A stretch of DNA of 63,631 nt, the filler included, from Octopus bimaculoides (lineage: Eukaryota), in assembly GCF_001194135.2 (NCBI RefSeq). It is 8 parts of 6 records of this genome, joined end to end, with 100 filler letters (N's around TTAATTAATTAA, not from the genome) between each part and the next. Parts side by side here need not be neighbours in the genome. Positions count along the whole stretch, not along the records: positions 39,589 to 42,030 come from NC_068983.1; positions 42,131 to 49,583 come from NC_068997.1; positions 49,684 to 61,129 come from NC_069002.1; 5 more parts are not named here. One strand, 5' to 3'. The position numbers and the translations under genes were made by a program. Of the stretch, positions 39,489 to 52,029 are shown in pieces. The stretch's first letter is position 1, and each line of letters opens with the position of its first letter. The notes under the pieces are model-generated. The model did no database searches. It was not told the DNA's origin and saw only the letters and a program-made list of their open reading frames with translations.

Positions 39489-39677
39489 NNNNNNNNNNNN
39501 NNNNNNNNNNNNNNNNNNNNNNNNNNNNNNNNTTAATTAATTAANNNNNNNNNNNNNNNNNNNNNNNNNNNNNNNNNNNNNNNNNNNNATGTGATATGGG
39601 GGAGGGAGAGGCAGTCTTGGAATTTTCTTTTTTTTTCTCTTCTGTTTTTGCAGTTTCTGTTGTCTTTTCTGTTGTGG

Positions 39678-39764
39678 TTATTGCTGATATTTCTGTTGTT
39701 GTTTTTGTGTTGCTGGTGGTGTTGGTAGTAAAGTTTTTCTGTTGGGAATATTTGGTAGTTGCTT

Positions 39765-39795
<31 letters not shown>

Positions 39796-40502
39796 GCGGG
39801 CAGAGGGCAGTCCTTTTTCAGATGTGCCTCGCTGTTGCATAGGTAACAGCGAGGCCACCTGCCCTCTACCACCACATACAGCTTGTGGTCCTCTGCCAGT
39901 CTAATGTTTGGAGGAATTTTCTGTGAAGCCTCCTCCGTGATGTGGAGAAGGATTTCCAGATTTTTCCCTCCCCAGTTCTTTTCCTCTACGACCGTAATCT
40001 CAAAAATATTGGCCTCCTCCATTTCGAGGCATATGGCCGATATTAGCCATTGGGTGTCCACTTCTGATGGCACATTTTTTATAATTACTTTGGTCACTCT
40101 CTGTCCAAGATAACTCGGTATCATCACCAAGTTATCTGTGCGGAGAGAGAGTGTCGAAAATTGCTTCGCTAAATTTTCATTTAAGAATCTCACCTGTACC
40201 GTTCCAAATTTTTGTCCCCACGTGACATGATCATGATGAGCCCATACAAGTTTAAGACAAACCTCGATCTTATCTGTGCTAAAATTTTCTACACGTCTGG
40301 TTTTTATGTTTACCAGTTTATAAATGATGCATTTTTTGGGGGTTTTTTCTATAATATCTTTTGGAATGTTTATTCTCACATCATCGCCTTCTTTCGTAAG
40401 AAGGGATTTTGTGTCTTTAATTTGTTGTTGTGTGAATGTCACTATTGTTCTTTTTTCCTTTAGAGCATCTGCGAAATTTGATTTTGTTGTGCTGGCGGAC
40501 AT
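39678..40502 (-). CDS. ORF1 (gag-like nucleic-acid-binding protein) of a Tx1/L1-clade non-LTR element
   Basis: 274-aa open frame with RRM-like segments and VVVEGRWPR-CYLCNSEAHLKKDC (CX2CX4HX4C). Runs towards a gap at 39590. Confidence 0.8.
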
Positions 40503-41717
40503 GTTCTTTTGAATATTTTTGTTTATGTTGGTGTATGTACTGCCTGGTTCAAAGGTGGTGGTAGTGGCAGCAGAGTTTGTTGAACAGGTGATGGTGTCAG
40601 TGCTGACGGCCGATAAATTTGCGTCCTTGCTGTTGTTGTTGTTTTAGTTGTTGTTGTTGTTGTTGTTGTTGTTGCTGGTGGTGGTGGTGGTGAGAGGGCT
40701 GTTAGTAGCTGTAATCGCCGTCTTTGTGACGTTTACAGCAGCTGCGTTCCTGTCACTGTGTGAGCACGCGCTACTCTGTTCTTTTTTCTCTCCTGGCATC
40801 TGAAGCCTCGGGAAATGCTCATCAAAAGAACAAGACAAGCGTTCCAAAATTATGTTTCTCGACATTTTTTAAATGTCGAGAAAGAAATTTTTGTATTTTG
40901 CTAGGGCCGAAACTGCCCTTTGAAAATACACAGAAATGAAGCCTAGGTGCTTCGCAACAAAAATATTTTAAAATTCCAACAAAATGTGGACAATAAAAGG
41001 TCAAATAAACGTTTACCTCTGCAGCCGATGTGACAGCACGTCCGTCAGATAGATAGATAGATAGATACACTAGTATACACAGGTGCACGCACGCGTTCAG
41101 ATATATTTGTGTGTGTTTATCAACATCTAATTCTTTTTCCTTTATTCATAAACCATGAGACACATCTGTTAAGCTCAAAACATTCACATGTCGCTTCTCT
41201 TACTGCTGAAAAATACATGATGTCATCCGACATCAGTGCGGGTGCTTACTAACCAATGAGAGGTATGTCTTCTGTTTTGAAACGTCATGTGCTATTAACA
41301 TGATTTTCATTCCATCACTGTCGACTGAAGACTGTTACTGTTGCACGGAAAAACTTACAGTTTTGATATGAATTAATATGGTTGTAGTCTACTCTGCTAG
41401 AGAAAGTGACAAATCACCAAACATCAGAAGACAGGCTGGAATAATTCGCGATATATTTTCCGACTCTTTTGAGTGCACTTCGAAGTAAGCTTGTTGAAAG
41501 ACCCTCAATGAAACTGGACAGAAATATTATACTCAGTTATATGTGCAACTGCCCATACTGTGTGCAGGGGCAACACGTGTAAGTCGTCGTAACCATAAAA
41601 ATATGCTGTGTGATATACCGTAAAATATAAGGAAATGAATTTTGTGGATGAACCAGTTTCCATATTCTCTATCGTTATAATTATTGCATATATAATGTGT
41701 ATATCTGTGTATGGGTG

Positions 41718-41827
<110 letters not shown>

Positions 41828-41987
41828 TATATCTGTATGTATGTATGTATGTACGTATGTATGTGTATATATGTTTGTACGTATGCATGTATGCATTCAT
41901 AGTTTATGTATACATTTCTGTATGCAAACTTCTGAACTACTCAGTGACACTTCTGTATACATATATGTGTGTTTAGATGTGTATAGG

Positions 41988-42030
<43 letters not shown>

Positions 42031-42942
42031 NNNNNNNNNNNNNNNNNNNNNNNNNNNNNNNNNNNNNNNNNNNNTTAATTAATTAANNNNNNNNNNNNNN
42101 NNNNNNNNNNNNNNNNNNNNNNNNNNNNNNAAAACTTTGCTTTGGCATACTTTCTCCCTGAATGGGAGCGTTGCTTTCGGCTGTCGCCATTTTGTCAAAA
42201 AGACAAAAATAACAGAAAAAATTCTTGTCGCCAAATGAATGGTATTTTCCTGCCCCGTAGGGCGAAAAACTACTGTTAAACAAACAGTTACAAAAAATGT
42301 CTCACAATAACAGACGTAAAAGAACTCACACAGACGTAGCAGCAAAGATATTTGAATCAAGATATAATACTCCAAACAGGAAAATTCATATATTGTTTGT
42401 CTCACGACAGAACGCGGCCTTAAATGTCTTTGTGTCCCACGTGTCTCATGGTGGGCCCAGCTACCTTCTGCTACTCGGTGACGATTCTGAGAATGCTAGA
42501 GGAACATTGAGAATACTTCTTTCGCTTTGCCACAGAAGACACGTCCGTTTCAGAGGCTTCCTGGTCTTTTCCAACCCAGGAGAAAGGGCCAGCTTTGTTT
42601 CACACTTTCTCACATTGCTTACTCCTAAAGAATTACGTTAAGTGTACATGTGTCTGTGGAATACTCAGACACATACTCTTAGCGTCCATATATCTTAAAG
42701 TGCATAAATGGGGTCACTCACTTATGTATTAATTCAATGAGTGGACCGGTCTGTTGGGACAGCCATTATTGAAATTGACGGAGATTTCTGTGAGTGTAAG
42801 CATGTGAGTTTATGTATGTGTTTGTGAGAGAAAGAGAGAGTGTGTACGTTTGTGTGTGTGTGCGTGAGAGAGAGAGAGAGAAAGTGGGTGGGTACATTTG
42901 AAGGCTGTACTCAAGATAATAATTTTGATCAAACATTTTTCA

Positions 42943-43140
42943 AATGCTAAATAATTTATACAGCTATGGTGATCTGAGAATGCCAAATAATTTATACAGC
43001 TACGATGATTTGAGAATGCCAAATAATTTATACAGCTACGATGATTTGAGAATGCCAAATAATTTATACAGCTACGGTGATCTGAGAATGCCAAATAATT
43101 TATACAGCTACAGTGATCTGAGAATGCCAAATAATTTATA
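42943..43140. repeat. 36-bp minisatellite, 5.5 copies (AATGCCAAATAATTTATACAGCTACGATGATTTGAG)
   Basis: Head-to-tail near-identical units with no spacers. Confidence 0.95.
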
Positions 43141-43839
43141 TTTCTCCCCAGTTGCATAAGATTTGAAGCAAGATGGTTAAGTGGGTAAGATAGGGGACTT
43201 GGTTGAATGTGAATTGTTCGTTTTTGTGATAATTGTGACTAATAAGTATAAAAGAAATAGACTCAATAATGTATGTCAAAGTGTGAAGTATGATTATAAC
43301 ATATGCAAAGAAAAGATTAATCTGGTACAATACATCAATGGTTCGTACCTAGTCAATGGCTTGAGTATTGCAGGTATGATTGATGAAAACTAGCCTGCAA
43401 CTACACCACAATAATAACCATTTTGTCTACCCACAACATACCTATGATATATTTTTCTTCCCCAATGTTTTTTCATATAACTCAACAAACCTGCAACAAC
43501 AGGAACTAAACAATTCTCTCCTGTACTATCAAACAGTTTATGAGTCACTAAATCACTATAAGCTCTTCACCCAAACAAAACATGTAAGCCTGATTTTATA
43601 CACATTTATAACTGAATATGTGTAAAATATAAAAGACTTGTTTTCATATAATTATTGAGGTCAATGAAAATGCATATTAAAAAAGTCAATTGTTAAACCC
43701 TTGAGCAACAAAATACAATAGAATGTGTTGTACTTTGGTATTTCCAAATTATTTTACTATATTAAAACAAGTTTCTTTACCATGTGTTATTGTCCTCCTT
43801 AACTAGACAGAAACCAGTTTTTTACTATTTTATATTCTT

Positions 43840-45330
43840 CCTAGTATGTATAGTCTTTTGCCTTTTACATGCCACCGGCACAAGTGCCAGTTATGCAACA
43901 CTGGCATCAGCCACAGCTATGATTTCACTTGGCTTGATGGGTCTTCTCAAGCACAGCATACCACTGAAGGTCTCGGTCATTTGTCATTACCTCCATGAGG
44001 CCCAACGTTTGAGGATCACGCTTCACCATCTTGTCCCATGTCTTCCTGAGTCTACCTCATCCACAGGTTCTCTCCACCATTAGAAACTGGCACTTCTTCA
44101 CACAGTTACCCTCATCCATACACATCACATGACCATACCAGCACAGTTGTCTCTCTTGCACAACACATCCGATGCCTCGTATGCCTAACTTTTCTCTTAA
44201 AACATTTACACTCTGTAACACATGCACACTGACATTGCACATCCAGCAAAGCATTCTAGCTTCATTTCTTTCAAGCCTACACATGTCCCTAACAGTCACA
44301 GCCTATGTTTCACTGCTGTATAGCATGGCTATTCACACACAGGCATTATACAATCTGCCTTTCACTCTGAGGGAAAGGCCCTTAGTTACCAACAGAAGTA
44401 GGAATTCTCTGAACTTTTCCCAGCCTATTTTTATTCTAGCAGATATGCTCTCATAGCATCCACCCCTGATACTGACTTGGTCACCTAGGTGACTCAAGAT
44501 ATCAACTACTTCTAGTTTCCCCTGTTGGCATTTGATGAAGTCTATTTTCTGTACATTTTTGGTGTTCATTGTACCTGAGCACCTTCCACACACAAAAACC
44601 ATTTTCCCTGTTAACCTTCCTCTGATATTGCTGCACCTCTTATGTGTCCATAGCTTACATGGGGCACATCTTATAGAGTTACTATCTACACTTTTTCTAC
44701 AGATTGAGTAGGGCCGCCCACCTGGGAGCTCTTCTATACTGATAACCTTGTTCTTATAACCGAATCACTACCGGATTTAGAGAAGAAATTTCAAATGTGG
44801 AAGCAAATTTCTTCTCTAGTTCTGGTAGTGATTTGGCTATAAGAACAAGGCCATCAGCATAGAAGAGCTCCCAGGGGCAGCCTATCTTAAGTTCCTCTGT
44901 TATTGCCTGGAGGATTATGATGAACAAGAAAGAGCTGAGGACAGATCCTTGGTGAACCCCTACTTGTACCCTGAATTCTTCGCTGTACTCATTACCAACC
45001 CTTGCCTTACTGGTAGCATTCCTGTACATGGCTTGTACAGCTCTCACCAACTACTCATCTATCCTTAGCTTGCACATTTACCACCAGATAAGGGAGCAGG
45101 GGACCCTGTCAAAGGCTTTCTCCATGTCAACAAAAGCCAGGTACAGGGGTTCATTTTTGACTAGATATTTCTATTGCAGTTGCCTAACCAAGAATATAAC
45201 ATCAGTTGTGCTCCTGGATGACACAAATCCAAACTGCATCTCATTGACACTAACTCACTTCCTAATTAATTGAGTTATGACCCTTTCTGTGACTTTCATC
45301 ACCTGGTCCAGCAATTTGATGCCTCTGCTC
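43840..45330 (-). mobile_element. RTE-clade LINE, RT to 3' UTR, with an internal fold-back
   Basis: QFGFVS, VDMEKAFDRVP, GVHQGSVLS, PWELFYADGLV, Cys-rich insert CAPCKLWTHKRC..CGRC, LYNACV, LERNEARML, WYGHV. Confidence 0.92.
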
Positions 45331-45479
45331 ACATAATATTACAATTTGTTCCTTAAGAAATTTAGTTAGCTTGAAAAAAAAAGAGATGAAAGAAAAAGCA
45401 GAAAATGTTCTTAGTGTTAATCAAGTGCTAATCATGACTTTGAATTGTAGAAGAACAGAAAAATAATTATATGAGGTCT

Positions 45480-46110
45480 GTAGGTAGAGAAAAATCTATC
45501 TGAGGCTTTATATAGCTATGATGCAGCCTCACCTGGAATTTACGTCTCTGGTCTGGAACCCCTATCTTGCCAAAGATATTAATCGTCTGGAAACCGTTCA
45601 GTGACATGCAACCAAGAGAATACCCTCCATCAGGCATTTGCCATATTCTGAACGCCTTGCTTCCCTGGGCATGGATACATTGAAACTCCGACGTCTGGCA
45701 GCTGACTTGGCAGATGCCCATAAAATTATTAACCATCTTACTAACAACAACTCTGAGCACCTTTTCAAATTCCACCTGTCTAACACCCGTGGACATGTTT
45801 ACAAAGTCCGAAAACAGCACAGCTCCCATGACTTTTGGAAACATGTTTTCACACTAAGAGTTGCTGAAGTATGGAACAAACTGCTGGCATCAGTCGTTAG
45901 TTGTCGGAGCACTGCATCCTTCAAACCTTCCATGCTTCCTGAGATTCGCCAACACTACACCTGATTTTCTCCCCCTCCATACACACGCAAGCATGTATCT
46001 GACTCATACACTGTTTACTTTCCAGACATTTGTACATTACTGCATATGCTCTATATGCACTTTTGACAAGTTGTAGTGCACTGTATACAATAATTTCATT
46101 ATTATTATAT
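45480..46110 (+). mobile_element. CR1-clade LINE 3' fragment with (ATT) tail
   Basis: LETVQ..ATKRIP..LPYSERLASLG..LRR..TRGH..RVAEVWNKL. Confidence 0.88.
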
Positions 46111-46404
46111 TTAATATAGATGTGTCATTGTTGTCATAGTCACCACCACAGCTGCTGCAGTCACTATTGTCCCAAATCAGACATATAATGCATACAAAGT
46201 CAGTAGATCAATGATATGTGACTAACAAGTCTGTGGTTCTTGTTAAGCCATGACATTGCATGTAAGGTCGTATTGTAAGATCCTGTTAAAAAGTAGCAAA
46301 ACTTTTTCAAAAGCAACAGATTGTTAGAAAGAGGCACAAGATCCAAATTTTGCTGATAAATTTATATATACATGTGTGTGTATGTGTGTGTGTGTGTGTG
46401 TATA

Positions 46405-47720
46405 TACAGACATGCGGGTAGTAAATAGATACCTTTAATTTTCAAAATCTTATATTTAATATGCAAATGTAATCGATAGGTAGGACTACATACTTTAGTA
46501 TTTAGTTGACATTCCTTTTGCAGTTTTTAATTCAGAAACTCTTTTTTGGCATTGAACTGAAGAGCTTTGTGGATTGTCTCTTGTGGAATTTCTGCCCACT
46601 TTTCACGCAACAATCGAAACAATTCATCTTTAGATTTAGGTTTCTGTCGAGTTTTTCGTATAGCTCTATCTAGTATACACCAAAGATTTTCAATTGGGTT
46701 CATGTCAGGAGATTGGTTCGGCCAAGGAAGCTTTTTGATCCCATTTTCAGTCAGCCATTGTTGATTCCTTTTCGCTGTGTGGCATGGAGCCCCATCTTCC
46801 ATGAATGAAAACTCATTTCTCATTATGTTATCGCGTGAATACATCGGAAGTAGTCCTTGCTTAAGTATTTCGATGTATTTTTCAGAGTTTATGGTTTTTT
46901 AGGAAAGTCGGTTATACATCATTAGATGTACACCTGACTTTCCTATATTAAATTAGGAATTGAACGGAACGCAGAACTCCAAACTGATCAACAACAACAA
47001 TATTTATTTAAAGAGGTAAAATGGACAGCCTCCAATTGTCCCGTTTCTGAGTAGCCTCCTGTGTGGGAAAGTCTGTGTTACTGAGACGTCTGAATGTAGA
47101 TGTACTGTCCCTAGAGTTGAATCGTTGGAGAGACAACTTGGTTCAACCACACTCAATGAGAGAGCTTGTTTTAGACGTCTTGCTTGTTCGCTGTCTGGCG
47201 TGGAAAAGAGACAGAATTAAGCGGGAACACTTGGACGTTGAAATCCACGCATGCGTGGTTAAAGATGGAGTAATGGCGACTATGCCTTTTTGGCGCCATA
47301 TGACGTCACTACAGTTTCAACACATTCGATCAGTTCAGAAAGACCATTGCTGGTGACAGCTCCCCATACCATTTCAGAGATACCGCCATGTTTCACAGTT
47401 GGTCGGAGTCGTTTCAAATCAAATTCTTGATTGGGAAGCGTCCAGACCCAAACACGTCCACTGACTGAAAATAATGAAAATCTGGAGACAGCCAGAAGTG
47501 TCAACAGTTTGAAGACCTGCATTATTGTGGAAACTGCAAAAACATTTTGTTGAATAGAGACAGCAATTGTCCAAAAGGGCAGCCATATTGAGTGATAAAT
47601 GTTTTTTTGTTGTAATAAATGTTACATTAAGATTATATCTGTCTACTGCCGCTATTTTAGTATTTATAACCAGTTTTATGCATTGTAAAAATTGTCTCAA
47701 TTTATCTTCCAGAACCTGTA
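46405..47720 (-). mobile_element. Tc1 (DD34E) element remnant interrupted by a solo LTR
   Basis: PTVKHGG..MVWG; FMEDGAPCHTAK..WPNQSPDMNPIENLW. Termini are approximate (TA-CAG at both ends, weak TIR similarity). Confidence 0.88.
46898..47313 (-). mobile_element. Solo LTR (~416 bp) with 4-bp TSD GTTT
   Basis: Ends T(T)TAG...CTACA; GTTT at 46894-46897 and 47314-47317; AATAAA about 100 nt from the 3' end on the minus strand. Excision restores the Tc1 frame ECVETINSEKYIEIL. Confidence 0.82.
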
Positions 47721-47721
47721 C

Positions 47722-47768
<47 letters not shown>

Positions 47769-48469
47769 TACAATTATGTGCTTTGGCTGCAGCATCATGG
47801 TGTTTTAGCTCTTATTTCTAGTAATATAGGTGTTTTAACACCCTTAGTCATATTTAATGAAAATTATAGTTTTCCTTTTTGGTAACACACTGCACACCAC
47901 TACCTGTATTAATTATAAAACCGTGTCTGTACATATATGACCAGCTCAACTCAAGCAACAACTACGCAACAGATGTATGATGCTAAGAAGCACAAAGGTA
48001 TGTTAGTAGCAGGCATAAAGCATCCAAAAGTGGTGGTGGAATTGCTAAATCTAGATTTCTTCTTCTTTGAGTATCATCAGTAGTAATTCTTTGACACAAA
48101 CTTTCAACATAAGCCACAAAGTTTCACCTACCTTTCACCTGTCCTCATACAAGTTTAACTTCCTTTTTATCTTTTTAATATACACATTTGAATGATTTAA
48201 ATTAGTAATAATTTCTTATAAAACCAACCCCTTTTTCAGTCTGTCATTCATCAAATATTATCCAATTCAATATTTAAATGCCCAATCAACAAAACCACCT
48301 TCCTCCCCAACTAAATGATCTTTGTATTTTCCTTCTTTTTTCCACCACCATCTAACTGCCTCATCTTCCTTCTTTCTCTACTTCTTCTATTTCCTCACTC
48401 TTTCTCTCTACCATGTTCACATACATGAAAATATATTAGCTTCAGTTTAATATATCAAGATAATTACAG

Positions 48470-49080
48470 ACACATCTTAATTCCTCAATTCCAATCAAAC
48501 AATCCTTGAAGACGTGGTTTTCATGTTTCACAAAAGTACGCTGTAAGTCCACAGGGCACAAGATCTGGACTCCAGGGAAGGTGAGAGACAGTTTTAATGC
48601 CTCTATCTCTGTCAAGTTGTTGGTTACCAGGATGGAATTTTTGACTGATGCATTATCCTGGTGCAGGTGCCACTGGTCCAAGTGGAAGAGTTCTGAACTT
48701 TGATGATGAACTCCTTCAAGACCTCCTCAAAGTACTCTTTGTTGACCATTTAGCCAGAAGGAAGCCTGTGTAGATAGATGATGCCCTGTCAAAAAAAAAG
48801 GGATCATTCTGAGTTTCCTAGTGGACTTACTTTACCTGATGTTCTTGGGCCTGAGGGAGCTAGAATGCTTCCATTGGATACTTTGTATCTTGATATCTGG
48901 ATCATAACAGTAGATCCAGCTTTCATCACAGGCCACCACAGACTCAAGCACTCTTAGACTGGACGTAATGAACTTGACCATCTCCCTATTGTCACCAAGG
49001 CATCTTTCCTTCTGTTCATCACTGAGAACCCTGGGAACAAAGTTTTCACAAATTTTACACAGATTCAGATTTTCATAAAC
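48470..49080 (-). mobile_element. Mariner transposase remnant
   Basis: VVACDESWIYCYDP, QWK, WHLHQDNA, degenerate PYSPDL-type motif. Confidence 0.85.
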
Positions 49081-49139
49081 GTTTCTGATTCATATTTGAA
49101 TATATTTAAGCAAAAATGCTCGTTCTAAGATCAACGCAG

Positions 49140-49300
49140 GATTGGTTGTGTGGTAAGAAGCTTGCTTCTCATCCACATGGTCCTGGGTGCAATCCCAGTA
49201 TGTGATACCTTGGGCAAGTGTCTTCTACTATAGCTTCAGGTTGGCCAAAGCCTTGTGAGTGGATTTGATAGACAGAAACTGAAAGAAGCCCACCATATCC
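49140..49300 (+). mobile_element. Major SINE 5' part
   Basis: GTGTGGTAAGAAGCTTGCTT..CCACATGG..CCTTGGGCAAGTGTCTTCTACTATAGC. Confidence 0.85.
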
Positions 49301-49314
49301 CCATCATCATCATC

Positions 49315-49347
<33 letters not shown>

Positions 49348-49374
49348 CACACATATACATATATATACATACAT

Positions 49375-49583
49375 CATCATCATCATCATCATCGTTTAAC
49401 GTCCGCTTTCCATGCTAGCATGGGTTGGACGATTTGACTGAGGACTGGTGAAACCGGATGGCAACACCAGGCTCCAATCTAATTTGGCAGAGTTTCTACA
49501 GCTGGATGCCCTTCCTAACACCAACCACTCAGAGAGTGTAGTGGGTGCTTTTACGTGTCACCCGCACGAAAACGGCCACGCTC
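49375..49583 (-). mobile_element. RTE-type 3' UTR end with (GAT)n tail
   Basis: Reverse complement ends CATGCTAGCATGGAAAGCGGACGTTAAACGATGATGATG; family assignment is inferred. Confidence 0.55.
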
Positions 49584-50056
49584 NNNNNNNNNNNNNNNNN
49601 NNNNNNNNNNNNNNNNNNNNNNNNNNNTTAATTAATTAANNNNNNNNNNNNNNNNNNNNNNNNNNNNNNNNNNNNNNNNNNNNAAATATATATATATGTG
49701 TGTGTGTGTATATATGACAGAAATAAATAGACAGGCCATAAAACATCGTTTTATGTTTATTTTAACTTGTAAAGGTTTATACTTTTTATTCATTGACATT
49801 TTTTATGTTTCAGGTTCTATATGTGACTGTTTAATCACGCCATGTACAAAAGAAACTTTGGAACTGTCTGAATTTCTGGGGCCATATTGCAGATCATTCT
49901 GGGGTTCGGCAAAAAAAAAAAGAAAAACGATGGAATGTCTACCATACATGGTATTGTTAAAACAAGTGAAAGTCATGTTTGCATGTATGTGTGTATCTGT
50001 GTATGTATGTGGGTAAGTATGTGTGTACGCATATGTGAATCTATGTATGTGTGTAC

Positions 50057-50091
<35 letters not shown>

Positions 50092-50875
50092 CGATATTTT
50101 AGCATCTGTTTAAGTGGTGGAAACAATGGTGGTGATAGTTACAGTTATAGAAGAAGAAGAAGAAGGAGAAGAAGAAGAAGAAGAAGAAGAAGAAGAAGAA
50201 GAAGAAGAAGAAGAAGAAGAAGAAGAAGAAGAAGAAGAAGAAGAAGAAGAAGAACAACAACNNNNNNNNNNAAGAAGAAGAAGAAGAAGAAGAAGAAGAA
50301 GAAGAAGAAGAAGAAGAAGAAGAAGAAGAAGAAGAACAACAACAACAACAACAACAACAACAATAATTCACTGACAACAAAAGGCAACATAAAAATGATC
50401 AAGTTGAAATTCAAGGCAGACGACACTGGCTGAAAAAAAATTGATAGAAGATCAGACAAAATTTTGAAGAAAATATGTATGAGAAAGAAAGAAAGGAAGA
50501 AAGAAAGAAAGAGTAGACTGATATAAACAGAGAAATAGAAATATAAATGAGAAAAAAATAGATATTTCTCTACAAATGATAAAAAAGGCAACAAAACGCG
50601 TTTGACTATAGCAAAAATGAAAGTGTATTTAGAAGGAGAAAATAACAGAATTATAAGAAAATGCCTGGTCAAAATGGCGGTTATGCAAAGATGTATGTCC
50701 TCTGTGGAGCATGGGAGACAGTTCAGGAAATAACCTAGTCTTGTGGGGATGAGATGAAAGATGCAGACGACATTGCTTTTGCAAATGATTGGCTGTTTAG
50801 GGTTAGTCTGATTGGTCACAAGTATGCAGATGGATGCTCATTAATTGCACGTATAAACGCTTATCCATACATACA

Positions 50876-50950
50876 ACACACACTCTCTTCTGCACACACA
50901 CTCTCTTCTGCACACACACTCTCTTCTGCACACATACTCTCTTCTGCACA
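50876..50950. repeat. 18-bp minisatellite (CACACTCTCTTCTGCACA), 4 copies
   Basis: Read directly from the sequence. Confidence 0.9.
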
Positions 50951-50959
50951 CACACATAC

Positions 50960-51365
50960 ACATACTCTTTTACTCTTTTACTCTTTTACTTGTTTCAGTC
51001 ATTTGACTGCGGCCATGCTGGTGCACCGCCTTTTAGTCGAGCAAATCGACCACCAGGACTTATTTTTTGTAAGCCTAGTACTTATTCTATCGGTCTCTTT
51101 TTGCCGAACCGCTAAGTTACAGGGACTTAAACACACCAGCATCGGTTGTCAAGCGATGGTGGGGGTACAAACACAGACACACATACATATATATACATAT
51201 ATACGACGGGCTTCTTTCAGTTTCCGTCTACCAAATCCACTCACAAGGCTTTGGTCGGCCCGAGGCTATAGTAAAAGACACTTGCCCAAGGTGCCACGCA
51301 GTAAGACTGAACCCGGAACCATGTGGCTGGTAAGCAAGCTACTTACCACACAGCCACTCCTGCGC
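50960..51365 (-). mobile_element. Near full-length major SINE (tRNA head, microsatellite, tail)
   Basis: Reverse complement runs GGCGCAGGAGTGGCTGTGTGGTAAG..GGGTTCAGTC..GACCAAAGCCTTGTGAGTGGATTTGG..GCGGTTCGGCAAAAGAGACC..CAAGTAAAAGAG. Confidence 0.9.
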
Positions 51366-52029
51366 CACGTATTTATTATCTATCTATTTATATGCCTATC
51401 TATATATCTATATATTTGAGTAGCTACCTGTCTATCTGTTTGTCTGTCTGTGTGTCTGTGCGCGCGCGTTGCGTGTGATTTTGATTTCATTTGCTGTCTG
51501 TACAAGCACAATGATTTAATAATACTCAATGTTCGAAAAGTGCAGTGCCTTCTATGTTTTAATATCTGTAATATAAGTAGAAACTGTGCTCTTCCAAAAC
51601 GCGATTTGTTTCACTCGGTCCTTGGGTGGGGCGCCTGTGCATGTCGGTGGCCTGGAAAGTAAAACAAAAAGCCTATTACTCAAATAGGTATATTGTCATA
51701 TAAATTGACGTTAAACGCAGTAAAATTGTGTATGAATGAATTCGTATATTGTCACACTGTTACAATAATGCCTTAAAAACAAGCTTTTTAAGACATGATG
51801 TAACACATACAACCATGTAAGGTCTTGCATAACTCACAGAAGTGCCAGTGTGATATAACTTGGTATAACCCACCTTTTAGGTTTCGTATGAGATTTGAAA
51901 TAGCAAGAACGGTTCCGAGTTTGACACGTAATTGCCAATTAGTTACAGGTAACAAAACATTTTCAACAAGATTCGAGTGAAAGTGAGTCATAAAAGAACT
52001 TATAATTTTACCAATAATATTATTCTTTT

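Noticed and set aside
42943-43140. 36-bp repeats of CRISPR-like length
   Set aside because: No spacers, no cas genes, eukaryotic context.
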